Source: Actinomycetota bacterium
GTDB taxonomy: Bacteria; Actinomycetota; UBA4738; HRBIN12
Assembly (NCBI GenBank): GCA_040002535.1
Contig: JBDUEF010000003.1
Location: 1 to 46,360 of the forward strand
Length of the DNA stretch: 46,360 bases
Direction of reading: 5' to 3'
Shown here: in pieces, positions 17,345 through 26,052 of the stretch
Numbering within the stretch: position 1 is the first letter of the stretch
Layout of the letters: each line of letters begins with the position of its first letter
Made by a program: the position numbers and the translations under genes
The notes under the pieces: model-generated
Told to the model about the DNA's origin: nothing
Seen by the model: only the letters and a program-made list of their open reading frames with translations
Database searches by the model: none

Positions 17345-19078
17345 CTACCGAGGTTCGAGGCGCTCCAGGGTGTCGGCGACGGCGACTCGCAGCTCCGCGC
17401 GGCGTGCCCGGTCACGGTCTGCCTTGATCATCACCCGCACCACCTGGAGGCCGCCGGCGGCGGAGGCCGACTTCACGGCGGAGATCAGGTCGTCTGCTCG
17501 ATCCAACCGCCGGTAGCCGGCTCCCGCTGCACGGCAGAGCATCTCGAGATCCACTGTAGGAGGAGTGAGGAAGAGCCGTTCGAGCTCCCCACGGGGCAGC
17601 CGACCTTGCCCGAGCGTGACGAAGATCTGCCCCCCGCCGTTGTCGTTGACCACGACCACGAGGTCGGGTCCGCTTCGGGCGTTCCACAGCAGGGCGCCCG
17701 CGTCGTACACGAACGAGAGATCGCCGATCAGTGCGTAGGAGGGACCCGCGCCCGACGCGGCGACGCCAAGCGCGGTCGACACCAGACCGTCGATCCCGCT
17801 GGCCCCGCGATTGGCCAGGATCCGGAGGTCCGTGCGCGGCACCATGAACGCGTCGAGGTCCCGCACCGGCATCGAGTTCCCCACGAACAGCGTGCCGCCC
17901 CCCGGGATCGCGGCGGCGAGGTCACGCGCCACCCGCATCTCGGAGGGGTCTTCCCACGAGTCCAGGAGGTCGTCGGTCACGATCCGTGCGGCGGCGTCCA
18001 TCTCCTCGAGCCAGGGTGTGCGTTGCGGATCCGACACCGGGGCTGCACCGAGGAGGCCGCCGATGTGCAGCTCCCCGGGGACCTCGAATCGCTGCATGGC
18101 AAGGCCCTCGGGATCGGGGTCAAGGCGCTCCGTGTTCGCCACGACGATCCGATGCCCGGAGGCCGCGACCAGCCGTTGCGTCGCGCGGCTCGTCGGCGTG
18201 TCCCCGAACTGCACCACGACGTCGGGCGCGAGGTCGGGGTGATCCGAGAGCATCGACGCGAGCGCCTGACCGGCGGCCAGTGCGCGCCCCGGTCGCCGCA
18301 GACCCGACGTGGGTTCGGCCAGCACGGGGACGCCGAACGCGCCGGCCAGGCCCAGGATCGCCTCCAGTGGACGATCGAAGCCGCCCACGACGATGAGGCC
18401 TCGCGCCGCATCCCGCAGTCGTTGCCCGATCTCCGGCGCGTGCACGTCGGCCGGCGCGAACAGGCGCGGCGCCGTTGGCGGCGTCGAGACCCCCGGATGC
18501 ATCCCGGTGTCGGCGGGTACCAGCGGCTCCTCGAACGGGCAATCGATCTGCACAGGACCGCAGGGGTGCGATCGTTCATCGTCCGGCAGCTCCCCCCATC
18601 GGGCCGCGGCCACCGCCCGGGCGCCGATCGCCGACCAGGCCGCGATGTCCGCCTCGTCGAAGGGGACCGGGGCCTCCACGAACCAGCGCACGTAGCGCCC
18701 GTACAACTCCTCCTGGTCGATCGTCTGGTTCGCACCCGTGCCCCGCAGCCTCGGCGGCCGGTCCGCCGTCAGCAGCACCAGGGGCACGCGCGACTGTGAG
18801 GCCTCCACGACCGCGGGGAAGAGCTCGGCCGCCGCCGTACCGCTGGTGCACGCGATCGCCACCGGTTCACGACGGGCTCTCGCCAGGCCCAGAGCGAAGA
18901 AGCTCCCGGAGCGCTCGTCTAGGTGCACGTGCACCGTGAGCCCCGGATGGCGGGCGAGGGCCAGGGTGAGCGGCGTGGAGCGTGAGCCGGGAGACACGCA
19001 CGCATGGCTGACCCCGCCGCGCACCAGCTCGTCCACCAGCGCCCACGCACAGGCGAACGAGATCTCGGCCGTGATCAC
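17345..19078 (-). CDS. menD: SEPHCHC synthase (ThDP-dependent)
   Basis: SPGSRSTPL, DERSGSFFALG, CTSGTA, TADRP, GANQTIDQ, NRGASGIDG, GDLSF...NDNGGGQIF. Confidence 0.95.
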   Translation of the reverse strand: MITAEISFACAWALVDELVRGGVSHACVSPGSRSTPLTLALARHPGLTVHVHLDERSGSFFALGLARARREPVAIACTSGTAAAELFPAVVEASQSRVPLVLLTADRPPRLRGTGANQTIDQEELYGRYVRWFVEAPVPFDEADIAAWSAIGARAVAAARWGELPDDERSHPCGPVQIDCPFEEPLVPADTGMHPGVSTPPTAPRLFAPADVHAPEIGQRLRDAARGLIVVGGFDRPLEAILGLAGAFGVPVLAEPTSGLRRPGRALAAGQALASMLSDHPDLAPDVVVQFGDTPTSRATQRLVAASGHRIVVANTERLDPDPEGLAMQRFEVPGELHIGGLLGAAPVSDPQRTPWLEEMDAAARIVTDDLLDSWEDPSEMRVARDLAAAIPGGGTLFVGNSMPVRDLDAFMVPRTDLRILANRGASGIDGLVSTALGVAASGAGPSYALIGDLSFVYDAGALLWNARSGPDLVVVVNDNGGGQIFVTLGQGRLPRGELERLFLTPPTVDLEMLCRAAGAGYRRLDRADDLISAVKSASAAGGLQVVRVMIKADRDRARRAELRVAVADTLERLEPR

Positions 19079-19977
19079 GCGATGCGTCCGAGGAGCAGTC
19101 CGAGCACGAGCATGGCTCCGAACCCGGCCTCCAACGCGGCCGTGCCCGTCAGCACGGGGATCAGGTCACTCCCGGACGCCTCCCCGACGGTGTCCATCGG
19201 CGCGATCGCCAGGGGCCACGCGACCAGCGCCACCAACGCCCACTGCGTGATCCCGAGACCCTCGTTCGCCAGGAATACGACGACCCCCGCGCAGATCACG
19301 GCGAATGCGCCGACGATGCACGCGCGATACACCAGCCGGGTCCGGCGGTCCCCCAGCCGCACCGCCAGCGTGCGTTTGCCGGCCGCCTGGTCGGTGGGGA
19401 TGTCCCGAAGGTTGTTGGCGACCAGGATCGCCACGGCCAGCAGGCCGAGCGCCGTCCCCGACCACCACGCGGTCGCCGTCACCGTCCCGCCCGCGACGTA
19501 GGCGGTCCCGCAGGTGGCCATCAGCCCGAAGAACACGAACACCATCACCTCGCCGAGCCCGATCCCTGCGTAGGGCCGCGGGCCGCCGCTGTAGAGCAGC
19601 GCGGCCGCCAGGGCCAGCGCGCCGATCGCCAAGATCGGCACCGGAGCGGTGGCCAGCGCCAGCGCCAGCCCGACGACAGCCGCGACGCCCAGGCACCCGA
19701 GCGACGCCACCAACACGCTGCGCGCCGAGGCGGCCCCGCTGGCCACCAGCCGGGGTGGCCCGAGTCGCTCGGGCGTGTCCACACCCCGCACGCCGTCGAA
19801 GTAGTCGTTGGCGAAGTTCACGCCGAGCTGGAGGGCCACGGCCACCACCAGCGCGGCCGGGAACCGCCACCCCCATGGCGCGCTCCTGGCTGCGGCCGCG
19901 CCGACGAATACGGGGGTCACACCGGCGATCAGGGTGCGCGGGCGCGCGCCGCGCCACCACACGCCCGCTGCGCTCAC
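19075..19977 (-). CDS. menA: 1,4-dihydroxy-2-naphthoate polyprenyltransferase
   Basis: [53 protein letters not shown]; GTG 19977 overlaps the menB stop. Confidence 0.93.
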   Translation of the reverse strand: MSAAGVWWRGARPRTLIAGVTPVFVGAAAARSAPWGWRFPAALVVAVALQLGVNFANDYFDGVRGVDTPERLGPPRLVASGAASARSVLVASLGCLGVAAVVGLALALATAPVPILAIGALALAAALLYSGGPRPYAGIGLGEVMVFVFFGLMATCGTAYVAGGTVTATAWWSGTALGLLAVAILVANNLRDIPTDQAAGKRTLAVRLGDRRTRLVYRACIVGAFAVICAGVVVFLANEGLGITQWALVALVAWPLAIAPMDTVGEASGSDLIPVLTGTAALEAGFGAMLVLGLLLGRIA

Positions 19978-20786
19978 GGGCGCTTGGGGAACTTCGAGAA
20001 GTCCGGCGGTCGCTTCTGCACGTAGGCGTCGCGTCCCTCCTGCGCCTCCTCGCTCATGTAGTAGAGGAGCGTGGCGTCCCCGGCGAGCTGCTGCACGCCC
20101 GCCAGCCCGTCCACGGCGGCGTTGTATCCGGCCTTCAGGAGGCGGAGGGCCAGGGGAGACTCCGCCAGCATCTCCCGGCACCACTCGACGGTCGTGGACT
20201 CCAGATCCGCCAGAGGGACGACCGCGTTCACGAGTCCCCAGGCCAGCGCCGTCGGCGCGTCGTACTGGCGGCAGAGGAACCACACTTCCTTGGCGCGCTT
20301 CTCGCCGATCTGTCGAGCGAGCAGCGAGATCCCGTAGCCGCCGTCGAAGGAGCCGACCCGCGGCCCGGTCTGGCCGAAGCGCGCATTGTCGGCGGCGATC
20401 GTGAGGTCGCAACACAGGTGGAGGACGTGACCTCCCCCGATGGCATAGCCGGCCACCATCGCCACCACAGGCTTAGGCATCCGGCGGATCTGGATCTGGA
20501 GGTCGAGCACGTTCAGCCGCGCCGTCCCGTGCTCGTCGACGTAGCCGTCGTCGCCCCGGACCTTCTGGTCACCACCGCTGCAGAACGCGTCCGGGCCCTC
20601 GCCCGTGAGGACGATCACGCCGATCGCGGGATCGTCCCGGGCGACGTCGAAGGCGCGGATCAGCTCGGTGACCGTGAGCGGGCGGAAGGCGTTGCGGACC
20701 TCGGGACGCGCGATCGTGATCTTCGCGATCCCCGCAGCCGTCTCCGAACGGATGTCGGTGTAGCTGCCCGCCGGTTGCCAGTCCAT
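19974..20786 (-). CDS. menB: 1,4-dihydroxy-2-naphthoyl-CoA synthase
   Basis: [53 protein letters not shown]. Confidence 0.96.
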   Translation of the reverse strand: MDWQPAGSYTDIRSETAAGIAKITIARPEVRNAFRPLTVTELIRAFDVARDDPAIGVIVLTGEGPDAFCSGGDQKVRGDDGYVDEHGTARLNVLDLQIQIRRMPKPVVAMVAGYAIGGGHVLHLCCDLTIAADNARFGQTGPRVGSFDGGYGISLLARQIGEKRAKEVWFLCRQYDAPTALAWGLVNAVVPLADLESTTVEWCREMLAESPLALRLLKAGYNAAVDGLAGVQQLAGDATLLYYMSEEAQEGRDAYVQKRPPDFSKFPKRP

Positions 20787-20846
20787 ATCGTTCGACCATC
20801 CACTCCGAGAGCCCGAACTCGTACGTTCCCGACTAGCCTATCGGAT

Positions 20847-22025
20847 GTGGGCAGAGGAGGGCACCTACCCAGCGGTCCCGGCGACCTGGTCGCCGTGGCG
20901 CTGCCGCCCGGACCTGCATGGATCGACGTCCTGGCCGACCTGTGGGCGGACGGCGCGGCGATCCTGCCGCTCGACCCCCGACTCGCAGCCTCGGAGACCC
21001 GTGCGATCATGGGCCTGGCGCGCCCAGGTGCGCTGCTCACCGCGGAGGGCGTCACCGCCCTGACGGAGACGGATGGCGTGGACCCCGGCGTCGGCCTGGT
21101 GCTGGCCACCTCGGGGACGGGCGGGCTGCCCAGGGTCGTGGAGCTCTCGCGCGGGGCGGTGGAGGCGGCGGTGCTCGGCTCGACACAGGCCCTCGGCGAC
21201 GGCCCCGACGGCCGGTGGCTCTGCTGCCTGCCGGTGGCGCACGTCGGCGGCATGTTGATCCTCATGCGCGGGCTGCTGACGGCGGCACCGGTCGAGGTGC
21301 ACCCACAGTTCGATCCCGCGGCGGTGGCGACCGCCGACGCCGATCACGTGTCGCTGGTTCCCACGATGCTGCACCGGCTGCTGACGACCGGCGTCGACCT
21401 GACACGGTTCCGAGCGATCCTCGTCGGTGGCGGCGCGATCGACGACGCCACGCGGCGATCGGCACGGGACCGTGGGGCGCGCGTCGTGGCGACGTACGGC
21501 CTCACGGAGAGCGCTGGCGGCGTCGCCTACGACGGCCAGCTGTTCGAGGGGTCGGCGGCCCGGATCGGTCCGGGCGGCGAGGTGCATCTGGCCGGACCGA
21601 CCCTGATGAGTGGCTACCGTGGGGACCCCTCGTCGACCTCGGCCGCGTTCACGCTGGACGGGTGGCTGCGCACCGGCGACGCCGGAACGCTGGGCGACGA
21701 CGGGCGCCTCCGGGTGCACGGACGCCTGGACGACTGCATCCTCACCGGGGCCGAGAAGGTGTGGCCGCAGGAGGTGGAGGACGCACTCCGTCGGCATCCA
21801 AAGGTCCACGAGCTCGCCGTCGCCGGCAGGCCCGACCCGGAGTGGGGGCAGCACGTGGTGGCGTTCGTCGTGCCAACGTCGCTCGACGATCCGCCGACGC
21901 TTGAGGAGCTGCGCGACCACGCCGCCGAGCGCATAGCAAGGTTCAAGATGCCGCGGGAGCTGGTGATGCTGCCAGCCTTGCCGCGAACACCATCCGGCAA
22001 GATCAGACGGGGTGAGCTCCGCTAG
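20847..22025 (+). CDS. menE: o-Succinylbenzoate--CoA ligase (AMP-binding enzyme)
   Basis: TSGTGGLP, LPVAHVGG, SLVPTML, TYGLTE, WLRTGD, GRLDD, GAEKVWP, LPRTPSGK; TAGCCT -10 lies 7 nt before GTG 20847; divergent from menB. Confidence 0.87.
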   Translation: MGRGGHLPSGPGDLVAVALPPGPAWIDVLADLWADGAAILPLDPRLAASETRAIMGLARPGALLTAEGVTALTETDGVDPGVGLVLATSGTGGLPRVVELSRGAVEAAVLGSTQALGDGPDGRWLCCLPVAHVGGMLILMRGLLTAAPVEVHPQFDPAAVATADADHVSLVPTMLHRLLTTGVDLTRFRAILVGGGAIDDATRRSARDRGARVVATYGLTESAGGVAYDGQLFEGSAARIGPGGEVHLAGPTLMSGYRGDPSSTSAAFTLDGWLRTGDAGTLGDDGRLRVHGRLDDCILTGAEKVWPQEVEDALRRHPKVHELAVAGRPDPEWGQHVVAFVVPTSLDDPPTLEELRDHAAERIARFKMPRELVMLPALPRTPSGKIRRGELR

Positions 22026-22139
22026 AACCCGTGGGGGTCTTGGCCCCACCGTCGTCTGAGCGAGGTTCGGCGCGAACGTGGGTTTCCCCATTCCGGGCGG
22101 CGGTGATTGCCACCACCGTGCATGCGGTAGGACCCACCC

Positions 22140-22255
22140 CCCGACCCGACCTACCCGCGGGTGGGGTAGCTCCGAAGCAAGCCGGAGGCCCGAGTCCGGG
22201 AGGGAGGACTCGGGCCTCCTGCGACAGGCGGCAACGCCGCACCTTCTCTGTCGGG
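22140..22255 (-). ncRNA. Candidate small RNA with a 14-bp hairpin and CU-rich anti-SD-like loop (boundaries and strand inferred)
   Basis: Perfect stem 22184-22197/22206-22219; on - it reads GGAGGCCCGAGTCC-TCCCTCCC-GGACTCGGGCCTCC; flanked by further hairpins in a 300-bp non-coding gap. Confidence 0.35.
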
Positions 22256-22292
22256 CTGAGCAAGGTTTCGGCCCCGCAGGGGGACGGGTGCA

Positions 22293-22308
22293 TACCCATC
22301 CTCGGGTA
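22293..22308. promoter_or_regulatory. NarL-type 7-2-7 inverted repeat
   Basis: TACCCAT-CC-TCGGGTA; the left arm fits the NarL heptamer TACYNMT; about 20 nt past the stop of a NarL-family regulator. Confidence 0.4.
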
Positions 22309-22327
22309 AAGGCGGCGCCCGGCTCGC

Positions 22328-22996
22328 TCAGACCGTGATGGCGCCGTGCTTGACGGCGAAGGCCACCGCCTCCAGCTTCGAGTGCACGCGCAGCTTGCCC
22401 AGGATGTTGCGGACGTGGGTCTGGACCGTCTGTGGGCTGATGAACAGCTTGCCGGCGATGTCGTCGTTGCGCAGTCCCTGGGCCAGCAGGTGCAGGATCT
22501 CCTGCTCCCTGTCGGTGAGGTCGTTCAGCAGCGCGTCCGCGCTGCTGCGGGCCTCGCGCTCGATCGCCACCTGGTGCAGGAGCCTTGTGAGGATCGTGGG
22601 GTCGATCAGGACCTCGCCGTCGGCGGCGGCCTTCACGGCGGCGAGGACTTCCCCGGCCGCCTCCTCCTTGCCCAGGAAGCCGGAGGCGCCCGCCTCCACC
22701 GCCTCCACGAGCAGCCGTTCGTCGTCGTGGGCGGTCATGATCACGACCTTCGTGGCCGGGGAGACCTCCTTGATCTTGCGGGTCGCCTCGATCCCGTTCA
22801 TGCCGCCCTTGAACATGATGTCCATGAGGACGACGTCGGGGAGCTGCTCGGCCGCCAGCGCGATGGCTGACTCCGCGTCGTGTACGGGCGGCCCCACCAG
22901 CAGGAGCTCGCCGTCACGCTCGACCACCATCGCGAGCGCGTCGGTAAGGATCTTGTGGTCGTCGCAGATGAGCAGGGAAACCTTGCGTTCGGGCAT
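22328..22996 (-). CDS. NarL/LuxR family response regulator
   Basis: ICDDH, VLMDIMF, MTAHDD, FLGK; HTH LTDREQEILHLLAQGLRNDDIAGKLFISPQTVQTH. Confidence 0.93.
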   Translation of the reverse strand: MPERKVSLLICDDHKILTDALAMVVERDGELLLVGPPVHDAESAIALAAEQLPDVVLMDIMFKGGMNGIEATRKIKEVSPATKVVIMTAHDDERLLVEAVEAGASGFLGKEEAAGEVLAAVKAAADGEVLIDPTILTRLLHQVAIEREARSSADALLNDLTDREQEILHLLAQGLRNDDIAGKLFISPQTVQTHVRNILGKLRVHSKLEAVAFAVKHGAITV

Positions 22997-24522
22997 CACC
23001 TATTGCCCTCCAACGGCAGATGGATCCGCAGCATCGTACCGCCCTCGGTGGCGTCCTCGATGGATATGGAGCCCCCATGGGCCAGGACGTGGGCTCGGCA
23101 GATGAACAGACCAAGACCGGTGCCGGGGATCTCCTCGTACCCCGCCGGGCGGAACTGGGCGAACCGTTCAAACGCCCCTGCTCGGTGCTCCGCCGCGATC
23201 CCGGGCCCGCGATCCAGCACCTCGATGACCGCATCGGCGCCCTCCCGCCGCGCGCGCACCACGATGGGCGCTCCACGGGGCGAGAAGTGGGCGGCGTTCT
23301 CCACGATCTGCGTGACGGTCTGTCCGATGCGCAGCCGATCGAGGGGCACGAGCACATCGGGCCGCGCCTCTACCTCGAGCGGATGGTCGCCGGCCTCTGC
23401 CTTCCTGATCCCGTCGCCCACCACCACGGCCAGGTCCTCCGGGCGGATGTCGTAGGCCAGCGTGCCGGCGTCGAGCGTCAGCGCGGTCGAGGTCTCATCC
23501 ACGATGCGCAGCAGCCGGCGCGACTCCTGATCGATCAACTCGAAGAACTCCTTCTTCTCCGCGTCGCTGAGTGAGTCGGCGTGGCGAGCGCCCGTGGTGG
23601 CGAGGCCCTTCACGGTGGTGACCGGGCTGCGCAGCTCATGCGCGATCATGGAGGCGATCTCGGCGCGGCCCTCGGTCACCTTCTGCGCACGATCGGTGGC
23701 GCGCCGCATGCGGGAGGCCTCCGTCCGTCCGGCGACCAGCATGCCGGTGAAGGCCAACCCAGCGGCCAGCGGCGGGAGGACCGCTCCCGGGATCAGGAGG
23801 GCACGGAACTGCACCGGCCAGGCCACGTACAGGATCAGCGCGCCGATCGCGACGATCCAGGCAGCGCCCAGCCACGCATGTTCCGTGTCAGGGCCCCGGG
23901 AAGCCAGCCGCTCGCGATGTCCGGCGACCCCCAGTAGTGCGACGGCTGCGACTCCCAGCACCCAGTGGAGCCACGTCGTGTGCCCGAACGGCCCGCCGGT
24001 GCGGAGCGCCGAGGGCGACACCGCCGCGAACGTCGTGCGGGTGAGCAGGAGCAGGAGATCCCCGGCGGCCAGCGCAACGGCCGCCAGACCCAGCACGGCC
24101 CGGGGTCGGGCGTGCGCCCTTCCGCGGCGATCCCACCACGGGTGGGCCAGTACGAAGCAGCCGCCGGCCAGCGCCCATGCCCACATCCAGGCCAGCGAGG
24201 GCAACGGCCGATCCTGCCATGCCGGGCTCCAGGGGCGGTCGGCCGCCAGGGCGGAGCCGGCGAACAGGAGCGTCTGCGTCGCAAGGATCGCGAAGCCAGC
24301 CCCCACCAGCAGGGCGTGGGGGTCGCGGCTGTCCCGATGCCGGGCCAGCGCCAGCGCGGCGGTGCCGGCCAACGCGGCCAGTGCGAACCCGTCGACGAGC
24401 TGCCGGCCGCCGAACGGCTGGTAGGGGTGCACCCCGGCGGTGGCGAGCATGCCTGCGGTGAGGATCCACGCGGCCACCAGCAGGGGCGTTGCGGTCGGGC
24501 GTCGTGCAGGCACGTCGGTCAC
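22996..24522 (-). CDS. Membrane sensor histidine kinase, HisKA type
   Basis: About 8 TM helices; H-box IAHELRSPV; N-box QIVENAAHFS; DRGPGI; GTGLGLFIC; TATGCT -10 lies 6 nt before GTG 24522. Confidence 0.88.
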   Translation of the reverse strand: MTDVPARRPTATPLLVAAWILTAGMLATAGVHPYQPFGGRQLVDGFALAALAGTAALALARHRDSRDPHALLVGAGFAILATQTLLFAGSALAADRPWSPAWQDRPLPSLAWMWAWALAGGCFVLAHPWWDRRGRAHARPRAVLGLAAVALAAGDLLLLLTRTTFAAVSPSALRTGGPFGHTTWLHWVLGVAAVALLGVAGHRERLASRGPDTEHAWLGAAWIVAIGALILYVAWPVQFRALLIPGAVLPPLAAGLAFTGMLVAGRTEASRMRRATDRAQKVTEGRAEIASMIAHELRSPVTTVKGLATTGARHADSLSDAEKKEFFELIDQESRRLLRIVDETSTALTLDAGTLAYDIRPEDLAVVVGDGIRKAEAGDHPLEVEARPDVLVPLDRLRIGQTVTQIVENAAHFSPRGAPIVVRARREGADAVIEVLDRGPGIAAEHRAGAFERFAQFRPAGYEEIPGTGLGLFICRAHVLAHGGSISIEDATEGGTMLRIHLPLEGNR

Positions 24523-24549
24523 CGCGCGAGCATAGGCCCCGTTGTCGAC

Positions 24550-24575
24550 CCTACCGGTAGTGGACCTACCGGTAG
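24550..24575. repeat. Two CCTACCGGTAG copies at 15-bp period, each containing the palindrome CTACCGGTAG
   Basis: Copies at 24550-24560 and 24565-24575; the second includes the panB stop codon. Confidence 0.7.
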
Positions 24576-25354
24576 CTGTGCTCCTCGTCGGGGAAGGTGC
24601 CCGCCTCCACGTCTCGGGCGAAGTCGGTGGCGGCCCGGGAGATCGCGCCGCGCAGGTCAAAGTAGGCCTTGGCGAACTTCGGCTCGTGCTCGCTCAGTCC
24701 CAGCAGATCGTTGATGACCAGGACCTGCCCGTCGGTGCCGGCTCCGGCGCCGATGCCGATCGTCGGGATGTGCAGTTCCGTGGTGATCGAGGTTCCGAGC
24801 TCGGTCGGGATTCCCTCCAGCACGATCGCGAACGCGCCGGCCTTCTCCAGCGAATGGGCCTGCTCGAGGAGCGCGGTCGCGGCCTCCTCGCCACGACCTT
24901 GCACCTTGTAGCCGCCCATCCCGTGCACCGACTGCGGCGTGAGCCCGACGTGGGCCATCACTGGGATCCCCAGGCCAACGAGCGTGTGGATCAGCTCGAT
25001 CTGCGGTCCCTCGACCTTCACGGCGTGCGCCCCGCCCTCCTGGAGGAATCGGACCGCGTTGCGAACGCCCTCGCTCACGGACACCTGGTAGGAGCCGAAC
25101 GGCATGTCGCCGACGACCATCGCGTGCTGCGCTCCACGCGTGACCGCCTTGGTGTGATGCAGCATGTCCTCCATCGTGACCGGCAGGGTCGTGGCGTAGC
25201 CGAGCACGTTGTTGCCGACGGAGTCGCCCACCAGCAGGACCGGGATGCCGGCCTCGTCCAGGATCCGGGCGGTGGGGAAGTCGTAGGCGGTCAGCATGGT
25301 GAAGCGCTTCCCCGCCTGCTTCCACCCGCGGAGATCGTTGATAGTGGTGCTCAT
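24566..25354 (-). CDS. panB: 3-methyl-2-oxobutanoate hydroxymethyltransferase
   Basis: MLTAYD, LLVGDS, DMPFGSY, VKVEG, HVGLTPQS, IGIGAG, DGQVLV. Confidence 0.96.
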   Translation of the reverse strand: MSTTINDLRGWKQAGKRFTMLTAYDFPTARILDEAGIPVLLVGDSVGNNVLGYATTLPVTMEDMLHHTKAVTRGAQHAMVVGDMPFGSYQVSVSEGVRNAVRFLQEGGAHAVKVEGPQIELIHTLVGLGIPVMAHVGLTPQSVHGMGGYKVQGRGEEAATALLEQAHSLEKAGAFAIVLEGIPTELGTSITTELHIPTIGIGAGAGTDGQVLVINDLLGLSEHEPKFAKAYFDLRGAISRAATDFARDVEAGTFPDEEHSYR

Positions 25355-25493
25355 CGCTCGCGCCTCCTTTGGAGAAAGTGCACGGCAGTTCCCGGGATTC
25401 TACCGGGCGCGCCTCGCCCTTGGGCCCCCCCGTTGTCAGACCCGGGTGCTACGGTTCGCGCTGGTCACGTACACTCTGGACGCGCTCCCGGAA

Positions 25494-25540
25494 CTTCCTG
25501 CTCCCTCATCGCGGGGGGGCCGTCCAGACCAGAGGAGGTG
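25494..25540 (+). promoter_or_regulatory. Putative S6:S18 ribosomal protein leader RNA
   Basis: CTTCCT (25494-25499) can pair with SD AGGAGG (25533-25538), enclosing an inner hairpin followed by a CCG motif; TACACT -10 at 25470-25475; lies before rpsF. Confidence 0.6.
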
Positions 25541-25543
25541 GGT

Positions 25544-26014
25544 TTGCGAGAGTACGAAGTCATGCTCATCCTGTCCGCCGAGGCCGACGAGTCGGTCGTC
25601 GGCACGGCGGTCGATCGGATCACGAAGGCCATCGAGCCTTCGGGAGGTTCGGTCGGAGGCATCGACCGGTGGGGCCGTCGCCGGTTCGCGTTCGAGGTCG
25701 ACCGTCAGACCGAGGGTTACTACGTGGTCGTAGCGTTCGATTCGGAGCCCGGGACAATCGCTCCTCTTGAGCGCGCCCTCACGCTGGCCGACGAGGTCAT
25801 GCGCGCCAAGGTGACGATCCGCCACCCCAAGAAGGTCGGGCGGACAGAGGCGCCCAAGAGGTCGGCTCCCCGGCCCACGGCCGTTCCTGCGCCCCAGGCC
25901 GCCGCTCCCCAGCCACCGGCCGAGGACGCAGAGGCCGCCACCCCCGAACCAGCTTCTCCGGAGACTGCCTCCCCCGAGACAGCCGAAGAGGAAACTTCCC
26001 CCGCTCCCGCTTGA
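25544..26014 (+). CDS. rpsF: 30S ribosomal protein S6 with Pro/Ala/Glu-rich C-terminal extension
   Basis: MREYEVMLIL...WGRRRFAFEV...EGYY...DEVMR; TTG start 5 nt after AGGAGG. Confidence 0.93.
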   Translation: MREYEVMLILSAEADESVVGTAVDRITKAIEPSGGSVGGIDRWGRRRFAFEVDRQTEGYYVVVAFDSEPGTIAPLERALTLADEVMRAKVTIRHPKKVGRTEAPKRSAPRPTAVPAPQAAAPQPPAEDAEAATPEPASPETASPETAEEETSPAPA

Positions 26015-26052
26015 GGCGGAGCGCGGACCCAGAAAGATAGGTGACAGCACCG

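Noticed and set aside
19305-20846. 906-aa ORF implying an N-terminally extended MenE
   Set aside because: The extension is antisense to menA and menB and is low-complexity Arg/Pro; the AMP-binding enzyme begins near 20847
15132-26014. Long ORF-track versions of menF (15132), menA (20415), the second kinase (24660) and rpsF (24542)
   Set aside because: These overlap recognised neighbouring genes; shorter starts are supported by stop/start overlaps, SD or -10 elements
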